A stretch of 64,000 nt of DNA from Acidimicrobiia bacterium (GTDB lineage: Bacteria; Actinomycetota; Acidimicrobiia; Spongiisociales; ZC4RG35). The notes under the pieces were generated by a model. The model was not told where the DNA came from. It saw nothing but the letters and a program-made list of their open reading frames with translations, and did not search any database. The position numbers and the translations under genes are program-made. Below, one piece after another: positions 23,277-32,899 of the stretch (its first letter is position 1; every line of letters starts with the position of its first letter). The stretch spans positions 874-64,873 of the forward strand of contig JAWOJB010000063.1 in NCBI GenBank assembly GCA_046484325.1, in the 5' to 3' direction.

Positions 23277-23323
23277 TTCATTGAGCAACCACGTGGGCCA
23301 GAGAGACCCCGTTGCTCAATGAA
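23277..23323. repeat. palindrome family B copy 1 (13-bp arms, 21-nt spacer)
   Basis: The sequence is TTCATTGAGCAAC-cacgtgggccagagagacccc-GTTGCTCAATGAA, a perfect 13-bp inverted repeat in the divergent intergenic region upstream of the SARP gene. Confidence 0.85.
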
Positions 23324-23354
23324 CCGGTCGTGAATCAGCAGGTACCGTCGACCC

Positions 23355-26300
23355 GTGCGCATCCACGTGCTCGGGCCCGTCACGGCGACGGAGGGCGACC
23401 TGACCGTCGACCTCGGCGGGAGACGGCAGCGCACGGTGCTGGCGGTGCTCGCCGCCCACGCCGGCCGCCCGGTCTCGACCGAGCGCCTCGCCGACGAACT
23501 GTGGGGCGACTCGGCGCCCGTCTCTGCCGCCAACACCACGCAGTCCTACGTGTCGCGCCTCCGCGCCCTGTTGGGCGAGGGGAGCATCGACTCAACCAGG
23601 GCCGGGTACGTACTCCGGCTCCCGGACATCGACGCCCGCGAGTTCGAGCAGCTGGTCCACCGGACCGAGCCCGCGGCCCGCGCCGAGAGCCTGCGCCATG
23701 CACTGGACCTGTGGACCGGAACCCCGTTCGAGGACGTCGACGATGCCCCGAGCATTCAGGCGGAGCGGGTCCGTCTCGAGGAGCTGCGGATGACTGCCCT
23801 CGAGCGCTGGGCCGACGTCGAACTGGAGGTCGGGCACGCCGACGAGGTGGTCCGCTCGCTCGAGGCCGAGGTGGACCGGCATCCCTTCCGCGAGGGTCTG
23901 TGGCTGAGGCTGATCTCGGCGCTGGCCGCCGCCGGCAGACGGGCCGATGCCCTCGATGCCCACCGGCGGGTGCGGACCGCCCTCGCCACCGAGCTTGGCA
24001 TCGAGCCGTCGCGCCAGCTCCAGGAGCTCGAGGAGCGGGTGTTGAACGGCGACCTGCCGGGGCCGGCTCCGGTGCCCGCTCCCGCGCCAGCCGGCCCACG
24101 GTTCCGACGGCCGCTTCCGGCCCCGCTGACCAGCTTCGTGGGACGTCGAGGCGAACTCGATGAGCTCGTGACCGCGGTCGGTCAGAGCCGGCTCGTGACC
24201 CTCACCGGAGTGGGCGGTTCCGGGAAGACCCGGCTCGCACTCGAAGCCACCCGCCGGTTGGCCGAGCACTTCGAAGACGGGGTGGCGTGGATCGAGCTGG
24301 AGGATGTCTCCGATCCGGAACTGGTGGCGGATGCCGTCGCCGCCGAACTGGGTCTGGACGCGCCGCCCGACCAGGTCGCCTCGATGAGCCGGCCCCCCCT
24401 CCTCGCTGCACCCACGCTCACCCGGCTCGAGACGGCACTCTCCGATAGGCACGCCTTGCTCGTGCTGGACACCTGTGACCATCTGGTCGAACCCGTCGCC
24501 CGGATGTTCGAGCCTCTGCTCAACTCCTGTCCGGGCCTGTGGGTTCTGGCCACCAGTCGCGAGCCGCTCGGCCTGATGGGAGAGGTGGTATGGGAGGTGC
24601 CGACACTCGGCACCTCCGCCGCAGACGCGGGCCACGGCGATGCCGTCCGGTTGTTCGGAGAGAGGGCTCGGGCCGTGCGCCCGGACTTTCGGATCGACCC
24701 CTCCAACGAGCCGGTGGTTGCCGAAATCTGTCGGAGGCTCGAGGGGATGCCTCTGGCGATCGAGCTGGCCGCCGCCCGGTTGCGGGTGTTCGACCTCGAC
24801 GAGATCGCAGCCAGATTGGACGATCGGCTCGGGTTCCTCGCCGGCAGCCGCAGCGCCCGACGCCGCCAGGAGAGCCTCCGCGCCACTCTCGACTGGAGCC
24901 ACGCTCTCCTGTCCGAGCCCGAACGACTGCTCTTCGGGAGGCTTTCGGTGTTCAGAGGATTCGACCTCGAAGCAGCCGAGCAGGCGGCGTCCGCCGACCC
25001 CTTGTCGCCCGCGGTGATCGCCGGCCTGCTCGGCTCACTCGTGGAGAAGTCGATGGTCGTCGCCGAGCCCACCGCCGAAGGTCGCCGGTTCCGCATGCTG
25101 GACACGATGCGCGAGTACGGCGAGGCGAGCGCCGATCGTGCCGAGATCGACCGGACGAGGGTCGCCCACCTCGACTACATGACGAGGCTGGCCGAGCGGC
25201 TCGCACGAGAGCTGGTCGGGCCCGGACAGGTCTCGGCGAGCCGCCGCCTGGACGCCGAGCAGGGCAACGTGCGTGCCGCCCTCGAGTGGGCCGTCGCACA
25301 GGGTCAAGTCGAACCTGGGCTCAGGCTCGCCGTGGCCATGGTCGAGTATTGGTCGGTTCGCGGCCGTGTCGGCGAAGCCAACGAGTGGCTCTCACGCCTG
25401 CTCGCCCTGCGACGCAGCGAAGCCTCGGCACTCCTCGCCAGCGCACTCTCCTTCGCGGCCAACTTCGCCGGCCAGGCCGAGGAACGGACGCAGGCGGAGC
25501 AGTATCTGACCGAGGCGCTCGCCATGGCCCGGACGCTCGGAGATGGGCGTGCCCTCGCGTTGGCCCTGTTCGCCGAAGGCTCGCACCGACATCGCAACCG
25601 GTACGGCCTCGATGTGGACGGCAGCGGCCCTCTGCTCGAGCAGGCTTTCGATCTCTTCCGAGAACTCGGAGACACCCTCGGGGAGGCCGACTGCCTGCTC
25701 GAGCTGGCCTGGCTCGGCTGGTGGGGCGAGGCCTTCGCCGAGGCCGCCGAGCTGGCCCGGGGGGCCCGGGCTCTGTACACGCAGGTCGGCCACATCGCCG
25801 GCATGGGCTGGTCGCTTCAGGCCGAGGGCCAGGCCGCATCCCAGCTCGGCGACATGGCCCGGGCCGGGAGCCTCTTCGCACAGGCGCTGGAGATCTCCGA
25901 ACGGCTCGGGGCACGCCCGATGGGTGCGTGGGCATCGTTCCACCTGGGGGAGGCGGTCGCCGCCCAGGGACGGCCCGTCGAGGCCGTCGACCGGTTCTCC
26001 GTCGCAGTCGCTCTGTTCGAGGAGGTGAACAACCGGTGGGGGGCGATGGTCGCCCACGGAACGTGGGGCACGGTCGCCCGACGAACTGGTGACCTCGCCA
26101 CGGCAGTCCGTGAGTATGGAACCTGTCTTCGACAGGCCACGTCGATCGACGCCGGCGGTTCGATGGTGTGGATGGTCGAGTCGATCGCCGGCCTCGCCTC
26201 GCAGCTCGGGGCCTTCGAGCCGGCTGCCCGGCTGGTGGCTGCCGCCGACCAGCGTCGGGTCGAGCGGTCGATGGCACGTCCCGTGTGGGACGACGAGTGG

Positions 26301-26435
26301 TACGAACAGGATCACGCCCGACTCAGGGAAGGGCTCGGGGCGCAGCGCCTCGACGAGCTGATGGAGCAGGGCCGCTCGCTCTCCTGGGACGACGCCATCG
26401 CCCTGGCATTCGAGCTGTGCGATGCACACCGCTGA
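23355..26435 (+). CDS. SARP/AfsR-family regulator: OmpR-type wHTH + BTAD + NB-ARC-like NTPase + TPR
   Basis: 1026 aa with a GTG start. The N-terminus MRIHVLGPV..RRQRTVLAVLA..LADELWGD is SARP-like. P-loop GVGGSGKT, Walker B LLVLDTCDHL, PLAIELAAARL, and a helical-repeat C-terminal half. Confidence 0.9.
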   Translation: MRIHVLGPVTATEGDLTVDLGGRRQRTVLAVLAAHAGRPVSTERLADELWGDSAPVSAANTTQSYVSRLRALLGEGSIDSTRAGYVLRLPDIDAREFEQLVHRTEPAARAESLRHALDLWTGTPFEDVDDAPSIQAERVRLEELRMTALERWADVELEVGHADEVVRSLEAEVDRHPFREGLWLRLISALAAAGRRADALDAHRRVRTALATELGIEPSRQLQELEERVLNGDLPGPAPVPAPAPAGPRFRRPLPAPLTSFVGRRGELDELVTAVGQSRLVTLTGVGGSGKTRLALEATRRLAEHFEDGVAWIELEDVSDPELVADAVAAELGLDAPPDQVASMSRPPLLAAPTLTRLETALSDRHALLVLDTCDHLVEPVARMFEPLLNSCPGLWVLATSREPLGLMGEVVWEVPTLGTSAADAGHGDAVRLFGERARAVRPDFRIDPSNEPVVAEICRRLEGMPLAIELAAARLRVFDLDEIAARLDDRLGFLAGSRSARRRQESLRATLDWSHALLSEPERLLFGRLSVFRGFDLEAAEQAASADPLSPAVIAGLLGSLVEKSMVVAEPTAEGRRFRMLDTMREYGEASADRAEIDRTRVAHLDYMTRLAERLARELVGPGQVSASRRLDAEQGNVRAALEWAVAQGQVEPGLRLAVAMVEYWSVRGRVGEANEWLSRLLALRRSEASALLASALSFAANFAGQAEERTQAEQYLTEALAMARTLGDGRALALALFAEGSHRHRNRYGLDVDGSGPLLEQAFDLFRELGDTLGEADCLLELAWLGWWGEAFAEAAELARGARALYTQVGHIAGMGWSLQAEGQAASQLGDMARAGSLFAQALEISERLGARPMGAWASFHLGEAVAAQGRPVEAVDRFSVAVALFEEVNNRWGAMVAHGTWGTVARRTGDLATAVREYGTCLRQATSIDAGGSMVWMVESIAGLASQLGAFEPAARLVAAADQRRVERSMARPVWDDEWYEQDHARLREGLGAQRLDELMEQGRSLSWDDAIALAFELCDAHR

Positions 26436-26458
26436 CCTGGCACTCGCACGGCTCGAGC

Positions 26459-27730
26459 TCACACGTGGCCGGGGTAGCCCTCCGGGTAGGGGGGATGGGC
26501 GGTGGCCAGCTCGCGCACCCGCGACTCGACACCGGCCAGCGCCGCCCGGTCGTGACGAGCCTGCAGCGCCCGGGCGACCAGATGCGCCACCTCCGCCGCC
26601 TCGACCGGCTCGAACCCCTGGGTGGTCATCGCCGGGGTCCCCATCCGCAGGCCGCTGGCCCGATAGGGAGGCCGGGGGTCGAAGGGGATGGTGTTGAAGT
26701 TGAGCGTGATCCCCAGTTGGTCGAGCAGGCGAGCTGCGTCACGACCGGTCAGCTCCTCGTCGACCGAGCGGAGATCGACCAGGAACAGATGGTTGTCGGT
26801 GCCCCCCGACACCACCCGAACCCCCTCGTCACCCATCCGGCCGGCCATCGCCCGGGCGTTGGCGACGATCCGCTCGGTGTAGTCGCGGAACGCCGGCTGG
26901 GCGGCCTCGTGGAAGCACACCGCCTTGGCGGCGATCTGACTCATGATCGGGCCACCCTGGGCGTTGGGGAAGACCGCCTTGTCGACTGCGGCGGCGAACT
27001 CCTCCTTGCACAGCACCATGCCGCCGCGCGGCCCCCGCAGCGCCTTGTGGGTGGTGGCTGTGACGATGTCGGCGTGAGGCACCGGATTGGGGTAGGAGCC
27101 GCCCGCCACCAGTCCGATGAAGTGGGCGGCGTCGACCATGAACACGGCCTCGACCTCGTCGGCGATCGACCGGAACGCCTCGTAGTCGAGCTCGCGTGAG
27201 TAGGCCGAGTACCCGGCGAGCAGGATCTTGGGCCGGTGTTCGAGCGCCAGCTTGCGGACCTCGTCCATGTCGATGCGCTCGGTGGCGGGGTCGACGCCGT
27301 AGGCGACGAACCGGTAGTACATGCCGGAGAAGTTCACCGGCGACCCGTGGGTGAGGTGGCCCCCCTGATCGAGCCGCATCCCGAGCACGGTGTCCCCCGG
27401 CTGGAGGAGCGAGAAGTAGACGCCCATGTTCGCTTGCGCCCCCGAGTGGGCCTGGACGTTGGCGTGCTCGGCGCCGAACAGGGCCTTGGCCCGGTCTCGG
27501 GCGAGGTCCTCCATCTCGTCGACGACCGCGCAGCCCTCGTAGTACCGCCGGCCCGGGTAGCCCTCGGCGTACTTGTTGGTGAACACCGAGCCGCTGGCGG
27601 CCATCACCGCCGGCGAGGCGAAGTTCTCCGAGGCGATCAGATGGATGTGACGGTTCTGGCGTGCAAGGTCACGACGAATGAGATCCGCGATGGCGGGATC
27701 GACCGCCTCGACCGGGTCCATGGAGATCAT
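26459..27730 (-). CDS. glyA: serine hydroxymethyltransferase
   Basis: 423 aa with [26 protein letters not shown] and [12 protein letters not shown] (PLP lysine). Confidence 0.97.
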   Translation of the reverse strand: MISMDPVEAVDPAIADLIRRDLARQNRHIHLIASENFASPAVMAASGSVFTNKYAEGYPGRRYYEGCAVVDEMEDLARDRAKALFGAEHANVQAHSGAQANMGVYFSLLQPGDTVLGMRLDQGGHLTHGSPVNFSGMYYRFVAYGVDPATERIDMDEVRKLALEHRPKILLAGYSAYSRELDYEAFRSIADEVEAVFMVDAAHFIGLVAGGSYPNPVPHADIVTATTHKALRGPRGGMVLCKEEFAAAVDKAVFPNAQGGPIMSQIAAKAVCFHEAAQPAFRDYTERIVANARAMAGRMGDEGVRVVSGGTDNHLFLVDLRSVDEELTGRDAARLLDQLGITLNFNTIPFDPRPPYRASGLRMGTPAMTTQGFEPVEAAEVAHLVARALQARHDRAALAGVESRVRELATAHPPYPEGYPGHV

Positions 27731-27771
27731 GAGGCAGACAGTACCGAGTACTCAGTACTCACTGCTCGGTC

Positions 27772-28980
27772 TCAGTGGATCGCGTCCCCGCTGTCGCAGT
27801 CGAAGAAATGGACCTTCGCCGTGTCGACATACAGCGTGGCCTGGTCACCGCCCTTGGGGGCGTGCTCGGGATGGACCCGGGCCGTGAACTTCGAGACCTC
27901 GCCGAGCGACTCGACGTCGGTGCCCTGATCCTCCATGAGCTCACGGAGCTCTGGCGTAATCACCGGGGGCGACTGGGTTTCGAAGTGGACGTATGCCTCG
28001 GAGCCGAGCTGCTCGGTGATTTCGACCTTGATGTCGTAGGTACGGTCGGTCGTGTCGAGCTCGGAGGGGACGGCCTGGAGGATCTCGAACGCCTCCGGGC
28101 GGATCCCGACGACGACCCGCTTGCCCTTGTAGTTGGCGAGTCCGGGCATGTGGGCGACGCGCTGGCGGTCGATCTTCACCCGGCCGGCCGGGAACCGGGC
28201 GAAGACGTCCTCACCCTCTCCCTCGATCGTGCCGTAGATGAAGTTCATGGACGGCGACCCGATGAAGCCGGCCACGAACAGGTTGGCGGGCTCGTCGTAC
28301 AACACCCTGGGGGTGTCCACCTGCTGGAGGTTGGAGACCTCGTCCGAGATCCTGCGGAGAACGGCCACCCGGTCGCCCATCGTCATCGCCTCGACCTGGT
28401 CGTGGGTCACGTAGAGCGTCGTAGTCCCCAGCCGGGCGTGCAGGAGCCCGAGCTCGGACCGCATCTGGACGCGGAGCTTGGCGTCGAGATTCGAGAGCGG
28501 CTCGTCCATGAGGAAGGCTGAAGGCTCGCGCACGATCGCCCGGCCCATCGCCACGCGCTGGCGCTGACCGCCCGACAGGGCCTTGGGCTTGCGCTCGAGG
28601 TACTCGGTGATCTCGAGGACCTTGGCCGCCTCCTCCACCCGGCGACGGATCTCGTCCTTCGGCATCTTGCGGAGCTTCAGGCCGAACGCCATGTTGTCGA
28701 AGACCGACATGTGCGGGTACAGCGCGTAGTTCTGGAACACCATGGCGATGTCCCGGTCCTTTGGGGTGACGTCGTTGACCACCCGGTCGCCGATCTTGAG
28801 GTCGCCTTCGGTGACCTCCTCGAGGCCCGCCACCATGCGCAGCAGCGTCGACTTCCCACACCCGGACGGGCCCACGAGCACGACGAACTCGCCGTCATCG
28901 ACATGGATGTTCACGTCATAGATCGCCCGCGTCCCGCCTGGGTACACCTTGCCTACCGAATCGAACGTGATCGACGACAC
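27772..28980 (-). CDS. carbohydrate-importer ABC ATPase, MalK/UgpC/MsiK type
   Basis: 402 aa with [29 protein letters not shown] and a C-terminal MalK-like regulatory domain. No permease or binding-protein gene is adjacent. Confidence 0.9.
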   Translation of the reverse strand: MSSITFDSVGKVYPGGTRAIYDVNIHVDDGEFVVLVGPSGCGKSTLLRMVAGLEEVTEGDLKIGDRVVNDVTPKDRDIAMVFQNYALYPHMSVFDNMAFGLKLRKMPKDEIRRRVEEAAKVLEITEYLERKPKALSGGQRQRVAMGRAIVREPSAFLMDEPLSNLDAKLRVQMRSELGLLHARLGTTTLYVTHDQVEAMTMGDRVAVLRRISDEVSNLQQVDTPRVLYDEPANLFVAGFIGSPSMNFIYGTIEGEGEDVFARFPAGRVKIDRQRVAHMPGLANYKGKRVVVGIRPEAFEILQAVPSELDTTDRTYDIKVEITEQLGSEAYVHFETQSPPVITPELRELMEDQGTDVESLGEVSKFTARVHPEHAPKGGDQATLYVDTAKVHFFDCDSGDAIH

Positions 28981-29024
28981 GTCACATCCTCCAGGTTCCG
29001 CCGTCCGACTGGTCCGAACATAGC

Positions 29025-29780
29025 ATGAGCCCCTACCCTGACTCCACCGAGATCGGATCCGGCATGGAGAACAACGTGGACAGGGTCGCCGTCATCACCG
29101 GGGGTACCGGGGGTTTGGGTACGGCCCTCGCCGCCCGCCTGCACGAGTCGGGGCACCGGCTCGCGGCCACCTACCTGCTGCCCGACGAGGCCCGCAGGTT
29201 CGAGCAGGAGCTCGACCTCGATGAGGACCGCTTCATGCTGCGGAGAGTCGATGCGACGAACCCGGAAGCCGTCGGCGAGTTCATGGACGAGGTCGCCGGG
29301 TCGTTCGGGGAGATCCACGCGGTGTGCTCGCTCGTCGGGGGTTGGGCAGGGGGCCGGGACGTCGAGGACACCGACGACGTGCGCCTCGAGCGAATGCTCG
29401 ACCTCAACCTGCGCTCTGCCTTCTACACGGTGCGGGCGGCGATCCCCCACCTCAAGCGCGCCGGCTGGGGCCGTATCGTGCTGGTCGGCAGCCGCGCCGT
29501 CGTCGAGAACCCCCCGGGTCAGGCCGCCTTCAACATCGCCAAGGCCGGCGTGGTGGCCCTCGGGAAGACCCTCGCCCAGGAGCTCGACGGGACTGGTGTG
29601 ACGGCGAGCGTCCTCATGCCGTCGGTCATCGATACGCCTGCCACCCGGCAGACCCTTCCCTTCGCCGACTATGTGGGATGGCCCACACCCGATGAGATCG
29701 CCGGTGTGGCCGCATTCCTCGTCTCCGAGCAGGCCGGCGTCATGAACGGAGCCACCATCCCCGTGTACGGAAGGGTGTGA
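29025..29780 (+). CDS. SDR-family oxidoreductase
   Basis: Contains [12 protein letters not shown] and FNIAKAGV (a YxxxK-like position). ATG 29064 ([14 protein letters not shown]) is a plausible alternative start. Confidence 0.8.
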   Translation: MSPYPDSTEIGSGMENNVDRVAVITGGTGGLGTALAARLHESGHRLAATYLLPDEARRFEQELDLDEDRFMLRRVDATNPEAVGEFMDEVAGSFGEIHAVCSLVGGWAGGRDVEDTDDVRLERMLDLNLRSAFYTVRAAIPHLKRAGWGRIVLVGSRAVVENPPGQAAFNIAKAGVVALGKTLAQELDGTGVTASVLMPSVIDTPATRQTLPFADYVGWPTPDEIAGVAAFLVSEQAGVMNGATIPVYGRV

Positions 29781-29819
29781 CCGTCGGCCTCGCTCCCGGG
29801 CCTCGCTAGCCTCGGACAG

Positions 29820-30287
29820 ATGACCGACGAAGCGCTCCGCCCCGATGCCATCGAGCCCGTCGACCAGGCCGACCTCTCGACCGACGACGAGCCGGCCATC
29901 CGCCAGCCCACCAAGCTGATCAGGATCGCCTCGATGACCAGGGCCATGCTCGACGAGGTCCGTCAGGCGCCACTCGACGAGGCGGGCCGCATCCGGCTCA
30001 TGGAGGTCCACCAGCGGAGCCTCCAGGAGCTGCGCGGGGTGCTGTCGGCCGAGCTCCTCCAGGAATTCGACGACATCTTCCAGCCGATCCGGGGCGATGG
30101 GACGCCGAGCGAGTCCGAGCTCCGCATCGCCCAGGCCCAGCTCATCGGCTGGCTCGAGGGGCTCTTCCACGGCATCCAGGCCAGCCTGTTCAGCCAGCAG
30201 ATGGCGGCACAGGCGCAACTCGCAGAGATGCAGCGACGCCAGCAACTCGGACCGCGGAGCGACGAGAGCTCGGGCCTCTACCTCTGA
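29820..30287 (+). CDS. bpa: bacterial proteasome activator Bpa/PafE
   Basis: 155 aa. ELRIAQAQLIGWLEGLFHGIQASLFSQQMAAQAQL and the C-terminal GLYL closely resemble mycobacterial Bpa (which ends in GQYL). Confidence 0.85.
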   Translation: MTDEALRPDAIEPVDQADLSTDDEPAIRQPTKLIRIASMTRAMLDEVRQAPLDEAGRIRLMEVHQRSLQELRGVLSAELLQEFDDIFQPIRGDGTPSESELRIAQAQLIGWLEGLFHGIQASLFSQQMAAQAQLAEMQRRQQLGPRSDESSGLYL

Positions 30288-32374
30288 CCCGGCCCCGACC
30301 GTGGGTCGTCGGGAAGGTTGAGGACGATCTCGGCGGTGGGCTCGTCGGCGCCGGCATTCAAGCGCTCGATCACCTGACGATGCGAGGCCGGAGTCCCGAA
30401 GGCGGTCACGACGTCCCCGGGTTCGAGGAGGCTGGCGCCGGTGGGGACAATGACGTCGGTGCCCCGACGGACCGAGACGAGCGTGCACCCCTCCGGCCAG
30501 GCCACCTCTCGCACCGCCCTGCCGTCGGCCACCGAGCCGGGGGGAACACGGAAGTCGAAGTAGTCGGTACCCGGGTCCGTCCGCTGACGGAAGCGCTGGC
30601 GGGCCAGTTCGCGATCGGTGGACGCACCCAGCGCCACGTGGTAGGCGCGGACGGCATCCTCGCGACGGAACATCCCCACGAGCCGGGAGGCGTCCTCGTC
30701 GGAGACGACCGGTAACCGCCCCACGCCCAAGACCGCCATCCGCTGGAGGGCGACGGAAACCGGGGTCGAGGGACCGACGGTGGCCGGCTTGGAGGTCATC
30801 ACCTGACCGACCGTGGACGCCGGCGAAGGCCCACTCCCGCGCTGGAGATCGGACACCGCGACGATGCCGACGAGCCGGCCGTCCTCGACCACCGCCAGGC
30901 CATGGCTGCGGTGCCGGTCCATCCGTTGTCGGGCCTCTGCGAGGGGGTCGCTCGGCGACACCGTGACCAGGACCGGTGACATGACCTCCTCGACGGCGAT
31001 CGTGTCGAGGAGATCGAAGTCTCCAGCCCGGACCACCTGGATCCCCCGCCTGGTGAGCGGGAGGGTGTAGATGCTCTCCGGATGGAAGCGGTCGGCAACG
31101 AAGGTGGCGAAGGTGGCCGACAGCATGAGGGGGAGGACCAGCCCGTAGTCGCGTGCACCGGTGACCTCGAACACGATCAGGATGGCCGTGAGCGGTGCCC
31201 GGGCCACCGCCGCGAAGACGGTGGCCATTCCCACGACCGCAAACGCACCCGGCCGGATCTCCGAGAAGGTCCATACCTGCTGGGCCAGCTCGGCATAGCC
31301 CGCCCCGAGAGCGGCACCGATGAAGAGGCTCGGCATGAACGCCCCGCCCGAGCCCCCGCTCGAGATCGTGAAGGCGGTGGCCACGACCTTGCCGGCAACG
31401 AGGGCGAGGAGCACGTACCAGGCGATCTGGGGAACTCCGCTGATGCCCTCGAAGAACTGGTTGCGGAGCAGCTCGGACACGAACTCCTGGCCGGTGCCGA
31501 GGACCGCGGGCTCGACCACCCCGATGACACCGACCAGGAGGCCGAACAGAACCGGACGCAGCCAGGCGGGTCGCTCGACCCGGGTGGCACTCCGCTCGAC
31601 CCGGTCCACGAGCTTCAGGAAGAGCACGGCCACGAGCACCGCCAGCAGCGCCAGCCCGGCATAGAGCAGCAGCTCGCGGGCGTCGCCCAGCCCGTAGCTC
31701 GCCGCCGCGAGCAGGGCCTCGTCGGGGAGCGGCAGGCTGCGGAAGGTGACGGCGGCGGTGACCGATGCGATCACCACCGACGACAGGTGCCGAACCGAGA
31801 AGGTCCGGAGAATGACCTCCATGGCGAAGAGCATCCCGGCGATCGGGGCGTTGAAGGAGGCGCCGATGGCGGCCCCCGCTCCCGCGGCGACCAGGCTGCG
31901 GATCTGGTCCTCGCCCAGCCGGAAGCGTCGGGAGATCGAGGAGCCGATCGCCCCCCCGATCTGGACGATCGGGCCCTCCCGGCCGGCCGATCCACCTCCG
32001 CCGAGTGTCAGGGCGGTGGCAACGATCTTCATCGGAATCGACCGGGTGGACAGATAGCCCCCACCGACCGTCAAACCGGCAATCGTCTCCGGCACCCCGT
32101 CACCAGACACCTCGGGGGCGAACCGGCGTGCCACCCACCAGGCTCCGAGGATCCCGAGGGGCACCGTGATCACGGGGAACCAGCGCGGGTCTCCCACCTC
32201 GTGGGCCGCCCACTCGAAGGCGAGCTCGACCCCGTGCAGCGCCCAGACCAGCGAGAACGCCCCGAGGCCCACGGCGAGACCGACCAGCGTCGAGATGCCG
32301 AGCAGCCTGGCGTCGCGATCACGGAGCAGATCCGTGCCCCGGCGGGCGCGACCCTGTGGGGTGCTCCTGTCCAT
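30278..32374 (-). CDS. ClC voltage-gated chloride channel with CBS pair and TrkA-C domain
   Basis: Trimmed to ATG 32374 (MDRSTPQG). Contains GSAGREGP, GAAIGASFNAPIAG, two CBS-like segments and a C-terminal RCK_C-like end (PGDVVTAFG). Confidence 0.88.
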   Translation of the reverse strand: MDRSTPQGRARRGTDLLRDRDARLLGISTLVGLAVGLGAFSLVWALHGVELAFEWAAHEVGDPRWFPVITVPLGILGAWWVARRFAPEVSGDGVPETIAGLTVGGGYLSTRSIPMKIVATALTLGGGGSAGREGPIVQIGGAIGSSISRRFRLGEDQIRSLVAAGAGAAIGASFNAPIAGMLFAMEVILRTFSVRHLSSVVIASVTAAVTFRSLPLPDEALLAAASYGLGDARELLLYAGLALLAVLVAVLFLKLVDRVERSATRVERPAWLRPVLFGLLVGVIGVVEPAVLGTGQEFVSELLRNQFFEGISGVPQIAWYVLLALVAGKVVATAFTISSGGSGGAFMPSLFIGAALGAGYAELAQQVWTFSEIRPGAFAVVGMATVFAAVARAPLTAILIVFEVTGARDYGLVLPLMLSATFATFVADRFHPESIYTLPLTRRGIQVVRAGDFDLLDTIAVEEVMSPVLVTVSPSDPLAEARQRMDRHRSHGLAVVEDGRLVGIVAVSDLQRGSGPSPASTVGQVMTSKPATVGPSTPVSVALQRMAVLGVGRLPVVSDEDASRLVGMFRREDAVRAYHVALGASTDRELARQRFRQRTDPGTDYFDFRVPPGSVADGRAVREVAWPEGCTLVSVRRGTDVIVPTGASLLEPGDVVTAFGTPASHRQVIERLNAGADEPTAEIVLNLPDDPRSGPGQR

Positions 32375-32421
32375 GAACCGAAGCGTAGGGCGGGGTACAC
32401 CGTGCGCCGGGATGGGATGAT

Positions 32422-32889
32422 GTGACCATGCACCCGGAGCTGGCCGAGATCTCCTTCCTGGTCGGCACCTGGGCCGGCAGTGGCCGGGGCACCTACCCGA
32501 CCATCCATCCCTTCGACTACGAGGAGGAGGTGACGTTCGTGGCACCCCCGGGCAAGCCCTTCCTCGCCTACACCCAGCGCACTCGGTCACCCGAGGGCGC
32601 CCCGCTCCACGCCGAGGCCGGGTACCTGCGCCCGGCGGGTCCGGGCCTGGTCGAGCTGGTGATCGCCCAGCCGAGCGGCATCGTCGAGGTTCACCATGGC
32701 ACCGTGACCGGCAGGCGCCTCCACCTGCGGAGCGACCTCGTCGGGCTGACCCGAACCGCCAAGCGGGTCGACTCGGTGGAGCGGGTGGTATGGGTGAAGG
32801 GCGGCGTCCTTCGCTACGAGCTCGACATGGCCGCCGTCGGCCAACCCCACCAGCTCCACCTCGACGCAGAACTCCGACGAACGGGGTGA
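32422..32889 (+). CDS. nitrobindin/THAP4-like heme-binding beta-barrel (DUF1794)
   Basis: 155 aa. LAEISFLVGTWAGSGRGTYPTI..F.YEEEV is typical of the FABP-like nitrobindin family. Confidence 0.75.
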   Translation: MTMHPELAEISFLVGTWAGSGRGTYPTIHPFDYEEEVTFVAPPGKPFLAYTQRTRSPEGAPLHAEAGYLRPAGPGLVELVIAQPSGIVEVHHGTVTGRRLHLRSDLVGLTRTAKRVDSVERVVWVKGGVLRYELDMAAVGQPHQLHLDAELRRTG

Positions 32890-32899
32890 GGCGGCGCGC

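Noticed and set aside
27731-27771. ZTP (pfl) riboswitch upstream of glyA
   Set aside because: The spacer is only 41 nt. It cannot hold the two-subdomain motif, and I could not see its conserved pseudoknot sequences.
28953-31274. 773-aa minus-strand ORF spanning the SDR, bpa and part of the ClC gene
   Set aside because: It has Arg/Gly/Pro-rich low-complexity translation, and it overlaps three well-supported genes in other frames or on the other strand.
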